From Podarcis cretensis (taxonomy: Eukaryota), in the NCBI GenBank assembly GCA_951804945.1, contig OX638149.1, positions 103,478,001-103,542,000 on the forward strand: 64,000 nt of DNA. Direction: 5' to 3'. Positions 22,596-34,261 of this stretch are shown here, piece after piece. Within the stretch, counting starts at the first letter, position 1. Every line of letters starts with the position of its first letter. The notes below the pieces were generated by a model, which saw nothing but the letters and a program-made list of their open reading frames with translations, ran no database searches and had not been told where the DNA came from. The position numbers were made by a program, and so were the translations under genes.

Positions 22596-25099
22596 GGTTG
22601 CTAAGATACAATGTTCTCGTTACTAGGGATGTGATGCTTGCAGATTTCTGTTATCAAATAATGATTAGAGATGCGCTAACCTCAAGGTGTTCCGTGCAGC
22701 GAAAGGTTTGCTGAGCCTCAAATTAGTAAACTGTCTGCCTGAGCAGACACTTACAGAAGGAGCGCGCGAGCATCAAAGTTACAGGGCTGACATTTTAAAA
22801 GGAGACAATATCGGTCAGACGAAGCAAGCATCCCCTGCATATGATGAAAGACTATCTGTGGAAATGTTTACATGATCAGTTGCCAAGCACAATGTATTTA
22901 TGACATATTTCCAACTTAGGATAGTCTCCAGTCCTGGCATCAAATAATTGCATTTTCTTTTTAGTGTATCAAAAGCCCCCTTACACCCACTCCTTCCAAT
23001 AAGCCCTGTCTTTTAAGATCCCCTATTTTGCTGCAGGAAAGAAAAGCAGGGGGGGAAAGACCAGGACACCAAAGGAGATGAAGCCAAATTAGCAGGAGAA
23101 AACATACATAGTCTTTCCAGGCACAAGATTACATATTCCTAAATAATACAGGTCCAAGGTCAGGAGTGTTGTTGATGTAAAACCAGTTAAGTATTACAAA
23201 AGAGGGGAAAAATATTAGATATTGACAGCATTTTCTCTGTTGACTTTGGGCAGCGCTAATTTGCTTGTAGACATCTTCAGAAGACGACATAAATATTACA
23301 CCTCGTATTATCATTGCTTAACAAGTGCATTTCAGTCTGCTTAATCGTTGGATGAGATAATGAATAGTACACACTTGGTGATCACAAGGATTGTGTTCAC
23401 ACTGCCAAAGGAGTAAGTAATCTTTAAGTATAATTGTTGAGCTCATTATTGAATTAAGGGTTCAAGCTGTAGTTGCAATGCTGGCGTTAGTGTGAATTTG
23501 AGTTGAAAACTAGCTGTGCTGCATAAATCTAAATCATGAATGGGTGCGTTCCTGTTTGACCGTTGGGACCATGCAACTGAGAGATCACCAGTAATGGTCC
23601 ATTTCAGCACTGGGCTTATTATTCCACTTGTTACTTCAGAATTTTATTTTGCCACTACACTCCCCACCCCCAACCAACTGCAGAGCTGCAGGCAATTAAA
23701 TTAATTCAGCATAGCACTGTCCGTTCAATAAAGTGGATATCTGTTTGGGGTGGGTGGGTGGAGAACCAGAACTGCAAAAATGGTCACACTTCCCACCTAT
23801 CCATGTCTGAAGATCTGTGCAGTATAACATGATCACTAAAATGTCTTTGTGTGTGTCCCAGTCCCTAAAATTTTCAATGTGTGCTGCTTCTGACTGCTCT
23901 ATCCTTAGGGCCATTTACTCCTGAGATAATCCACAAAAGATAAATTGAATTCAGCAGAGCAAGTTGATTGCAAATGAAAACCATGGCAAATCTGATGTGA
24001 ACACCCCAAATTCTCTGTGTTCAAGTGTACATTAATGTGTGCTAACTGTACAAAGATGCCCCTGCTTCACTCTGGAAGTGCCACATTCTGCTCAGATGTA
24101 TCCGTTTCTCAGAAAATGGAGGTGAGGGAAAACAGTTTCTGTGGGTGTGCAGCAGAAACTGGGTATGCACAGCGCTGATTGGCAGGCAGCTGAGACATGA
24201 TAAACCCCTCCCTCAATAACAGAAGCTGTTTTACAACCTTTAAAATTGGTTATGCTTTTTCTGGGGTGGAGGAAACCACTGAGTCAAAATAAAATAAAAT
24301 AATGGTTCATGCCATTAAAAAAAAAAGAAAAAAGGAATGAGACACAATCCATCTGAAGCATGTGGTGATGGGCACAACTGACAATCAGTTTCAGCACTAT
24401 GTTCTGTGTAACAAAGTGAATGTGGGAAGATGCCAGGCTCATTCTGTGGAAGAGAAAAACCATGGTGACAACTTTTTGATGTGTGAATGTCCACATCCCT
24501 ATGATTTTTATCTCTCAGTCCAAAAAATTCTGATGCAAGCTGGAGAAAGGACTCCAAAGGGGTGGATGGTAGGAGCAAAAAGAAAGGAGGGAAGAAACTC
24601 CCATCAAATGTCCTGTCAGCTGTGAAGCTCATGCGTTGACTTCAGGATGATGCTACTTGCCAAACTAACCAGTTCACAGGACTGTTATAGCAGAGATTGC
24701 CGACATTTTTGGGCTTGTGGGCACATTTGCCAACTGGAGAAACTGCCATGGGTGCACTAGAAAGTTTTGTAGAAGGGACAAGGACAGGGGAAAAGGACTC
24801 GCATTACTTTCACTTTTTTAGTGGGAGATAGTGGGGGTGGAAATGTCTGAACTGGCTGTTCTTATCTCTTGAGTAAGCAAGAGCTGTCTGGAGGAGTTCC
24901 TTTTTATTCCAGGTATTAACTTGGCAGCTGCTGAAGAAGCATTTATCACTGTGCCTCTGGGAAAACCCCTTAAGCCAGACCTTCTCTGTATCTTTTTTTT
25001 CTTTCTTTTTAAAGAGATATCACCTTATAGTTGACACATAGGTGGGATGGGCTTGAGGTCAGACCAGAAGCTGGTTGGAGCCAAAGTGATAAGATGAGC

Positions 25100-25278
25100 T
25101 AGAAAGGTCGAAGGCAGGATGTCTCTGAATAATACCAGTTGCTGGGAATTGCAGATGGGGAAAATGCTCTTATATCATACTCGTCTTCCCACAGGCATCT
25201 GACTAGCCACTGTGAGAAAAGGATGTTGGACAAGAGGGGCCATTGGCCTGATCCACAAGGACTCTTGTTGTCTTCTTC
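25100..25278 (+). mobile_element. CR1 LINE 3'UTR remnant
   Basis: GCCACTGTGAGAAAAGGATGTTGGACAAGAGGGGCCATTGGCCTGATCC matches the RC of the 21103 element. Confidence 0.6.
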
Positions 25279-25458
25279 AATTGTCAGGGGCCAAACAGAA
25301 AAGGAGAGGGGGATGGCTTTAATTTCCTGGTTCCTGCATGACCCCACAGTTCAAATTTTGACTAGAAACCTATCTGCAGTAAGCTTATTGGGAGGTTTTT
25401 AATGCTTGATGTTTTGTGTTTTTAGATACACTGTAAGTTGCTCAGAAGGACACGAGTG

Positions 25459-27923
25459 CTGCAACAATGATTCATAAAGACCAAGCTGGCTTTCTCCCAG
25501 GCAGACAATTGTCAAATAACACGAGAAACTTAATTGACATTTTAGAAAAGCTACAAGTTAATATAAATACAAAAGCTGTTTTAATATTTATTGATGCGGA
25601 CAAAGCCTTTGACAATATTTCTTGGAGCTTTATGAGGAAAAATTTGCAAGGGATGGGGGTTGGAGAAAGGTTTGGAAACGGTATAGGCGCGATTTACTCA
25701 GAACAGAAGGCGAAATTAATAGTGAATAATGCAGTTACGGAAGAAGTTAAGATAGAGAAAGGGACACGACAAGGCTGCCCAATTTCCCCTTTGCTTTTTA
25801 TTTCAGTCCTGGAGGTCTTGCTGAATATGATTAGAAGGGACCAACAGATTCAGGGTATACAGGTCGGAGTTAAACACTATAAACTTAAAGCCTATGCAGA
25901 TGACCTAGTACTGACGTTACAGGAGCCAATCCCTAGTTCTAAAAGAGCACTGGAAATAATACAAGAATTTGGTCGGGTGGCAGGTTTTAAATTGAATAAA
26001 TCAAAAACTATGGTTTTAGAAAAAAATTTGACAGCAGCAGAGAAGGAAAGGTTTCAGGAAGAAACAGGTTTAATATTGGTGAAAAAAGTGAAATATCTAG
26101 GGGTGAACTTGACTTCGAAGAATGTAAATTTATTTAAAGATAATTATGAGAAGTGTTGGTCAGAAGTGAAAAAAGATCTTGAAATTTGGACAAATTTGAA
26201 ACTTTCCTTACTGGGTAGAATTGCTGTTATCAAAATGAATGTATTGCCAAGAATGTTGTTTTTGTTTCAGACGCTACAAATCATTGACAAAATGGACTGT
26301 TTTGAGAAGTGGCAAAAAGAAATCTCTAGATTTGTCTGGCAGGGCAAAAAGCCCAGAATAAAATACAAAATTCTTACTGACGCAAAGGAAAGAGGGGGGT
26401 TTGCCCTGCCGGACTTTAAGTTATATTATGAAGCAGCAGCTTTTTGCTGGTTGAAGGATTGGCTACTTCTTGAAAACACGGATATTTTGGATTTGGAAGG
26501 ATATGATAACGTTTTTGGGTGGCATGCATACTTGTGGTACGGTAAGGCTAAAGTGTACAAGACATTTAAAAACCATATTGTCAGGAAAGCATTGTTTAAT
26601 GTCTGGATGAAATACAAAGATTTATTGGAAAATAAAACCCCTAGGTGGCTCTCACCTATGGAAGCAAAGGCCTTAAAAAAGCTTAATATGGAATCTAATT
26701 GGCCAAAATACTGGGAAATTCTGGAGCAGGAGGGAGATAAAGTGAAATTGCAAAGCTATGAGAAACTTAAGGATAAGGTGCGAGACTGGTTACATTATTT
26801 TCAAATAAGAGAGGCCTATCACTCGGACAGGAAAATTGGTTTCCAGGTGGAAAAATCAAAGCTGGAAATAGAATTGTTAGAACCCAATGCTAAGATATTG
26901 TCGAGAATGTATAACCTGCTGTTGAAGTGGAATACTGAGGATGAAACGGTAAAATCTGCTATGATAAAATGGGCACAAGACGTTGGTCATAACATTATGT
27001 TTGTTGACTGGGAACAGTTGTGGACCACCGGTATGAAATTCACGGCATGTAATGCCTTAAGAGAGAATATTATGAAAATGATATATAGGTGGTACATGAC
27101 CCCAGTCAGACTTGCAAAAATCTACCATTTGCCCGATAATAAATGTTGGAAATGTAAAGATACTGAGGGGACATTCTTTCACCTTTGGTGGACGTGCCCA
27201 AGGATTAAGGCTTTCTGGGAGATGATATATAATGAACTGAAAAAGGTATTTAAGTATACTTTCCTGAAGAAACCAGAGGCCTTTCTTCTGGGCATGGTCG
27301 GCCAATTGGTGTCAAAGAAGGACAGAACTTTCTTTATGTACGCTACAGCAGCAGCAAGAATACTCATCGCAAAGTATTGGAAAACACAAGATCTACCCAC
27401 TCTGGAAGAATGGCAGATGCAAGTAATAGACTATATGGAACTGGCTGAAATGACCGGCAGAATTCGAGATCAAGGAGAAGAGCAGGTGGAAGAGGACTGG
27501 AAGAAGTTTAAAGCCTATTTACAAAAACACTGTAAAATCTTTGAATGTTGAGGACATTGAAAAAGAAAAGAAGGGGTTCTAGTGACTGAGTTAATTAAGA
27601 GCACAAAGGGAGGGATTAAGAGTCAAAATGAACAAAATTGAGCTTGCTGAACTAATTACTACATAGAATACAAGATCGGGAGGCGGGTGGAAGCAAAGAA
27701 AATAAGGTTTTGAAGGTTATAATTGGAAAGTGAGTTTATTTTTATGTCAAAATTTCCTTTTTCTTTTTTCTTTTTTTCGTCTTATTTTTTGTCTATGCTG
27801 TTTTCTTTTCTTTTTTGTATAATGTTTGTGAAAATTTTTCTTTTGTAATGTTTGTGAAAATATGCTTTTTTTGTTCTTTTTGTGGAAAATGTAATAAAAA
27901 TTATATATATAAAAAAAAAAAAA
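25459..27923 (+). mobile_element. L1-clade LINE, 5'-truncated, young
   Basis: Perfect 16-bp TSD CAGAAGGACACGAGTG (25443-25458 and 27924-27939); uninterrupted partial ORF2; T-rich 3'UTR; AATAAA at 27893-27898; poly(A) at 27911-27923. Confidence 0.95.
25467..27551 (+). CDS. partial L1 ORF2p: reverse transcriptase plus C-terminal CCHC region (no endonuclease, no ORF1; probably not expressed)
   Basis: 694 open codons. RT motifs DQAGFLPGR, DADKAFD, GTRQGCPISPLLF, YADD, KYLGV; C-X2-C-X8-H-X4-C (CWKCKDTEGTFFHLWWTC). The ATG is an internal Met exposed by truncation. Confidence 0.9.
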   Translation: MIHKDQAGFLPGRQLSNNTRNLIDILEKLQVNINTKAVLIFIDADKAFDNISWSFMRKNLQGMGVGERFGNGIGAIYSEQKAKLIVNNAVTEEVKIEKGTRQGCPISPLLFISVLEVLLNMIRRDQQIQGIQVGVKHYKLKAYADDLVLTLQEPIPSSKRALEIIQEFGRVAGFKLNKSKTMVLEKNLTAAEKERFQEETGLILVKKVKYLGVNLTSKNVNLFKDNYEKCWSEVKKDLEIWTNLKLSLLGRIAVIKMNVLPRMLFLFQTLQIIDKMDCFEKWQKEISRFVWQGKKPRIKYKILTDAKERGGFALPDFKLYYEAAAFCWLKDWLLLENTDILDLEGYDNVFGWHAYLWYGKAKVYKTFKNHIVRKALFNVWMKYKDLLENKTPRWLSPMEAKALKKLNMESNWPKYWEILEQEGDKVKLQSYEKLKDKVRDWLHYFQIREAYHSDRKIGFQVEKSKLEIELLEPNAKILSRMYNLLLKWNTEDETVKSAMIKWAQDVGHNIMFVDWEQLWTTGMKFTACNALRENIMKMIYRWYMTPVRLAKIYHLPDNKCWKCKDTEGTFFHLWWTCPRIKAFWEMIYNELKKVFKYTFLKKPEAFLLGMVGQLVSKKDRTFFMYATAAARILIAKYWKTQDLPTLEEWQMQVIDYMELAEMTGRIRDQGEEQVEEDWKKFKAYLQKHCKIFEC

Positions 27924-27928
27924 CAGAA

Positions 27929-28294
27929 GGACACGAGTGGCACTGTGGGTTAAACCACAGAGCCTAGGACTTGCCGATCAGAAGGTCGGCGTTTCGAATC
28001 CCTGCGATGGGGTGAGCTCCCGTTGCTCGGTCCCAGCTCCTGCCAACCTAGCAGTTTGAAAGCACGTCAAAGTGTAAGTAGATAAATAGGTACCACTCTG
28101 GTGGAAAGGTAAACGGTGTTTCCGTGTGCTGCTCTGGTTCACCAGAACCGGCTCAGTCATGCTGGCCACAGTCAGCTGTCAGCTGTCTGTGGACAAACGC
28201 TGGCTCCTTCGGCCAATAAAGCGAAATGAGCGCCGCAACCCCAGAGTCGGTCACGACTGGACCTAATGGCCAGGGGTCCCTTTACCTTTACCTT
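27929..28294 (+). mobile_element. Sauria SINE (head duplicated as part of the L1 TSD)
   Basis: GGACACGAGTGGCACTGTGGGTTAAACC...TTCGAATCC...(ACCTTT)n; its own TSD is TAAGTTGCTCAGA (25434-25446) / TAAGCTGCTCAGA (28295-28307). Confidence 0.9.
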
Positions 28295-31200
28295 TAAGCT
28301 GCTCAGAGTGGCTGGGAAAACCCAGCCAGATGGGCAGGGTATAAATAATAAAATTATTGTTATTATTATTCACATTAAAAAGCAAAAGAAGGCAAAACCC
28401 TGGAAGAGCCAGCTGTAGAGTGGCTTCCACAAGTCCACATCCCCACAGGGCTGGCAATTTAATTATCTGCTGCCTGACAATTGCTTCCTTTTAGTTTAAC
28501 CCTGCTAATTAGCCATGCTAATTTCCTCAGGTATCTCCGCGCCGTGACATAAGCCCGATCACTTTGCACAGTGTGGCTAAAGTCAAATCATAGAACCTTT
28601 CATGCACAGCCAGGATCCCAGATAGGCAGGAAGCTGGGCAGGAGAGAGAAACTCTGCTTACCATGTTGGAACGGTTCTTTTCACCTCTTAGTCCTGCTTA
28701 AGAAGACTTCATATGGTGGTGTGCCACAATGAAGCATAAAGCTCCATTAAAAATTATACAAATGATCAGTAAAGTGCATGATCAATTAAGCAGCTATGAA
28801 AGTTTGTTGGCACACACACACACAAAAAGCCTTCAAGAGACACCTGCTGAACTCTGCTGGAAGAGTGTTCCACAACATGGGACTGGATTTGCTGAATACC
28901 CTTTGGTGACCCCCTTGACCTCTGGATCCCAAGAACTGATGGCTGCACATCTAGCCTTTAAATCCTCTTCATCTCCAAGAAGACTGTTTCTGGAGACTAC
29001 CTGGAGAGCTTGTATCAAAGATGGGACACCACTTTGATGAGCCTGCTTGCCAAGCACATTATCTCTGAAGCCAAGAGCACCTATATTGGATCTCAGGTGA
29101 GGATCTTAGGTCAAGGTCATCAGGGAGAAGGCCACCCTGATACATTCTAGGCTTTAGTAATTTCTTATGATTTCAAGAAGAGTTATATATAACTTTGAAA
29201 GCTGGGGGCGGGGGACATTCACAAACCATCCCTTTTGGTGGTACACAACTTCTGCTAATTAAATCATGCCTCTGTTTGTTCTGATCTCAGGCCTCTGTGA
29301 AATCAGTGGAAAACTGGTCTTCTGTTTTCAGTCAGGTAAGCTGGAAGATAAGATAGCAGATAAACAAAAAATAAAGAGGGGAGCTGGAAGGGATAGGTGG
29401 GTGGGACACATCTTTGTATGTGTCATCTGGACACAGAGTCCGAATACCAGATCACAGGTTACAGCAATTGTTGTTTGGAGGGAATATTGCTTATTTTATT
29501 TATTTTCCCAGGCAACCCCGCCCCCTTGAATTCCAATGATGGGTTCTTGGAGTAATGTGAGGGGTCAGAGACAAACAGCCCCTTAGATGGCCAGGCTGTT
29601 TAGAGCTTCAGGATTAGAGGAATGAAAAAAAAAAAAAAACATAGATAGGAAGGAGTAGGAAGATGCTAATAATTGCAGGCTGTAAGGAACCAAAAGTAGA
29701 GAGGGGCAGTTTCCTGGGTTTCAACCTGTTCTGCAAGGTTCTCATAGCTGAATCTGAGTTACCACCGGCAGCAATTGAAAAAGCAGGTGGTGGCCAGTCT
29801 CATTAAATTCACAAGAGGCAACTAGTAAGTTGGCACACTTTCATCAAGGGACCAACAGGTAAGATTGCCTCTCTAGCAGGTCTGGGGAACCTCTGGCCCT
29901 CAGAATGTTATTGAACTTCAGCTCCCAATATCTCTGACCACTGGTAATGCTGACAACATCTGGATACTCATAGGCTCCCCACCCCTGCAGGCATGATGTG
30001 AAATGTGTCATTATACAACAAGTTTTTCTAACAGCGATCACAATGCTCTGAACTGATTTACAGGAGAGGATTAATATAGCCAAAGAGAACCATCTATCGT
30101 TAATTCAGACAATATCAAGTCATGAATACCTGTCCATGTGGGATAGTATGGACACTTTATCTACAACAGCTGTTGTCTGTCTGAGTTGGGAGGGGGGGAA
30201 GCTTTTCTTCAAATTTATGCTGTAGTGAGTGATTTGCATTGCATCAGATTATACGGGATATATTGTGTCACATGGCATGACCTGGTATAACCTGACTTAA
30301 TGCAACACACATGTTTGTATTGTATTACACATTTTTTGGGAGGGAAAAATCTCTGAAAAGCTGTTGAGAGCAGGTGGCTTCTGTAAATGGAAGGTACTTT
30401 CCCGTGGTATTTCATACCAGCAAAATACCAAAATGTGTCTAAAACGTTCGGCAGTAGTATTTTAAAAAATCTGTTTTTGACTATTGTAAAGTGACAGTAG
30501 AGGGTCTCTGTTAAAGTCCATAAAGGCTTGGCTCCACATATTCAAAAGCTATTACTGGAAATGATTCAAAAATCAAGGAATTATTATGATTTTTTAAAAA
30601 CAAAAACAAAAAACAGCTAATGGCCCATGCTTTGCTCTTAGAAAATTATTTTGTCCATTTGTTCACTTGTAATTTGCTTTGGGTTGCCTTTGGAAAGATC
30701 AAGCGACTGACAAATTTAATAAATAAATAAATAAATAAATAAATAAAAATAAATGCATTTGAATTTGACCTCCAATTTTGGTTTTGTTTATTTTTTGGTA
30801 TTGTTGTTTTTTAAATAGAGTTTGTTGGGGCAGAAAATAGTAGGAAGATAGTGAGAGAAACAGATAAGGAAAGAAGAGAAAAAATGGACAGATAGTGTAA
30901 AAAAATAAAATAAAAGTGGATCATTTCCACCCTAACCCTTATGGGTCTGACTGTGAGTAAAAGTGTAAGCTGAGAGTCTCAAATGAACATGTTTCTGAAG
31001 TCTCTATAATATAACGGGTGCAGCATGTTGGCCATTCATTGTGTGAGAGCCAGCCACAGGTCTTTGCTCCGGAGCAAAGTATACGTGATACAATTTACAG
31101 AACTGGTCTATCAGCTAAGATCCAGTCTGCAGCAGGAGAGAAAGGGCTAATACTTCCCCAGTTCCTGCCAGTGTCCTGATTTGGATTGGCTGTGCCCCAA

Positions 31201-31452
31201 AGGCTGCTATTCCCTTTAAAAACCAAAACCCATTCACGCTCATTTGAACCTAGTGGGCATTTGGAGCTGGGGACAGCTAGATTGGTAAAGAAAAAGCAGT
31301 TTATATGCATTGTACATGCGATATAACACTGTTACACCAGATGGTACTGTGGAGTACCATCTTTCCCAACAGGATTTTCCTGTCTGAGTTTACAACACAT
31401 TTAACTGAATCGCTTCTTTGAAGTGTCTAGATCCCCCCTGCATAGTCCACTA

Positions 31453-31694
31453 CAGTGGTACCTTGGGTTACAGACACTTCAGGTTACAGACGCTTCAGGT
31501 TACAGACTCCACTAACCCAGAAATAGTACCTCGGGTTAAGAACTTTGCTTCACGATGAGAACAGAAATCGCATGGTGGTGGAATGGCGGCAGCGGGAGGC
31601 CCCATTAGCTAAAGTGGTGCTTCAGGTTAAGAACAGTTTCAGGTTAAGAGCGGACCTCCGGAACGAATTAAGTTCTTAACCTGAGGTACCACTG
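31453..31694. mobile_element. Tc1/mariner-superfamily MITE, copy 2
   Basis: TA|CAGTGGTACC...GGTACCACTG|TA; inverted relative to copy 1. Confidence 0.9.
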
Positions 31695-31899
31695 TACTTT
31701 GAAATCTAAGAGCAGGACTTGATTGTTGCTAAATCCTGGCACCCAATTTATCAACGTATCTTCTGAAATCCGGACTAACTGAATCACAACAACTGTTTTG
31801 CACCTAGGTGAACAGAACATGGTTCCCTTACACCAATGGCAACAATTTACCATTCAGGACCTCCCCCCTTTTTTTGCTTTTACATAGTTAAAAGCAGCT

Positions 31900-32076
31900 T
31901 CCTATGTTCCTGAGTCAGCCCATTGGTCCATCCAGCTGGGTGTTGTCTATCTATACAGACCAACAGTGCCTCTCCAGAATTTCAGACTGGGGACTCTCTA
32001 CCTACAGATGTCAGGGATTGAACTTGAGACCTTCTACATACAAGCAGATGTTCTTTACCCACTGAGCTATGTCCCT
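31900..32076 (-). mobile_element. tRNA(Ala-like)-derived SINE
   Basis: GGGATTGAACTT (RC B-box) and CCACTGAGCTAT (RC A-box). Confidence 0.65.
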
Positions 32077-33950
32077 TCTTCTTTTAAGGGTGGCAGCAAG
32101 GCAGTAGATAGATAGGACGGCCTCACGAAACTGTCTCCCCATGCTCTGCGATGATTGCTGATTGTAGAGACAAATACCTGAGGAACAGCTCAATATTCCT
32201 CAAGCATTGGAGCTACTTCTCTGACTGCTGCAGCCTCCCCTTCACCCTCTGCTCGCCAAGGCTCGGAGCCTTTTCCCTTTATGTACCTTTCAAAGTCTTC
32301 CTCTTCCATCCATCTCTTGTGGGGAAGCAACACTAGCCAGGCTTGTCATCCTCGTTTACATCACTAATGCCCCTTTGGCCTGTTGCAAACAACTCCCCTT
32401 AAGCCAAAAAAGTAGCAGTTCGCTCAGCACACACATTTATATGTACAGTATATATATATAACCTATGGCAGTAAATACCTAAGCACGAAACATGAAAGGC
32501 TGTAGGCAAGAAATACCTAAATAGGAAATAAGGGCACCTTGGGATGACTGCTTCATGAACTCAAACTCTTTATCACCCCTCCCTAACTCTCCACACAACC
32601 CTGCTTGTTATCTGTCATTCGATGTACACCTGTAACGTCCTGACAGAATCCATTATGAGTGTGAGGCGCATGTATAGGGATTCAAAGCTGTATGAAACCA
32701 TTCTCTGAAGTTATTTCAACCCCTCCTCGCCTAAAAATTCATGAGCCATGAAGTGTACCAGAGAGGACAAGGAACATGCACACAGCAAGGGAAAAACAAC
32801 CACCTCAAAGCAGATCTGTGTCAAACTGTGCTTTTGGTTTTGAACTAGGGAGGGCTCTGACCGTAGTCCATTGCGCCCAGGTGGTGCTGTGGGTTTGAGG
32901 GTCAATGGACACTGCTCATTTTCCCCAATAAATCACATTTTCTGAAACACATGTGTTAAATACCTTTGTGAAGCCCCAACACAACAGAGGTGAGTGATAT
33001 AAATAAATGCTTTTTAAACCAGAGACTCTTCCTATTTTTTAATCCGTTTCCCTTTGACATTTAAAAAACTGTTTTAAAAAGGAGGGGGGAAGAGTGAAAT
33101 GTGACTTGCTATCATAGTTTCCCGTCGCTTAGGGAAGGAATATTGAAAAAAAAAATCCTTTAAAATGAAAATAAAGGGTTTTCTATAATTAATTTGTTTC
33201 TAATTAAGGTCTGCATGGCTTAAGGGATTAAACTTTTCCAGTGTTTTCAGGAAAGGTGTTTGGGAAGCGTAGGAACAAATGGGCCCAAGTTTACTTTGAC
33301 ACCCTATTGATTCTAATAGGAAAGAAGCATATGTTGGATCAGCCTGTGGTCTTTAATTTGGGAAACTTGCACAAGCTTCAACATAATTTCTATGGCTCTA
33401 TATATTGTAAAGTTACATGGGTAACGCACACGGTCTATCAAAGTTTTCCAGTATTCCAAGTGCGGTTGCCCCATAGACTACATAAAACTGATATTGACAG
33501 TTTTATTTTCAATCCCTTTCCTAATGATCCCTGACATGGAGCTCACTCTTTTCACAGCTGCTGCACACTGGGTCAACATTTACATCGAGTTATCAAGCAA
33601 GACTCCAAGATCTCTTCCCTGGTTGCTCACCCTCACTTCAGACCATGTAAGCATATGTGCGAAAATAGGATTTTTATTTTTTTAAATGATTTTTAAATAT
33701 TTGCGCACACTGAATTGCAGCTGGCATTTTCATGTGCATTTATACAATCTGGAGAGACCTTTTCCCTACTCTTTGCAGTCTCTTTTTGTTCTTTCCACCC
33801 TGAACAATTTCGTGTTGCCACCAAACTTGGCCACTTCATCACTCAGCCCTAATTCCAGGTCCTTTATGACCAAGTTTTAAAAAGCAGCTCCCAGTGCTGA
33901 TTCTTGGAGCTGTGTGTGTGTGGGAAACCCTACTTCTTACATCGATTCAC

Positions 33951-34170
33951 CAGGGGTGGCCAACTCCCAAGAGGCTGTGATCTACTCACAGAGTTAAAAA
34001 CTGGTAGTGATTCAGGTCAAAGTTGTTAAGGGAGGGGGGCAGCCACATTTTTGGGGGGTGCAGGGGAAAATGTTGAGCTTCTTTTGAGGGAGCCAGTGAT
34101 CTACCAGTGATCTACCACAGACGCCCAGTGATCTACCAGTAGGTCACGATCTACCTGTTGGATGTGCCTA
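33951..34170. mobile_element. hAT-like MITE inserted in CR1
   Basis: CAGGGGTGGCCAAC start; subterminal GATCTAC repeats; GTTGGATGTGCCTA end. Confidence 0.6.
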
Positions 34171-34175
34171 CATTA

Positions 34176-34248
34176 GGAGATCTCTTCATTTGTCCCTTTT
34201 CTCTGGTTTTCTGGAGATCTCTTCATTTGTCCCTTTTCTCTGGTTTTC
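34176..34248. repeat. perfect 2-copy tandem duplication, 37-bp period
   Basis: GGAGATCTCTTCATTTGTCCCTTTTCTCTGGTTTTC at 34176-34211 and 34213-34248. Confidence 0.95.
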
Positions 34249-34261
34249 GGTCTTTAACTAT

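Larger units (their letters stand above)
25390..28369 (+). mobile_element. L2 3' tail split into 25390-25446 and 28295-28369 by a Sauria SINE plus L1
   Basis: Joining the halves gives GGGAGGTTTTTAATG...TAAG(T/C)TGCTCAGAGTGGCTGGGAAAACCCAGCCAGATGGGCAGGGTATAAATAATAA, collinear with the RC of ~690-800. Confidence 0.8.

Noticed and set aside
22234-22626. ORFs spanning 22456-22595
   Set aside because: They are open only because they cross the N gap.
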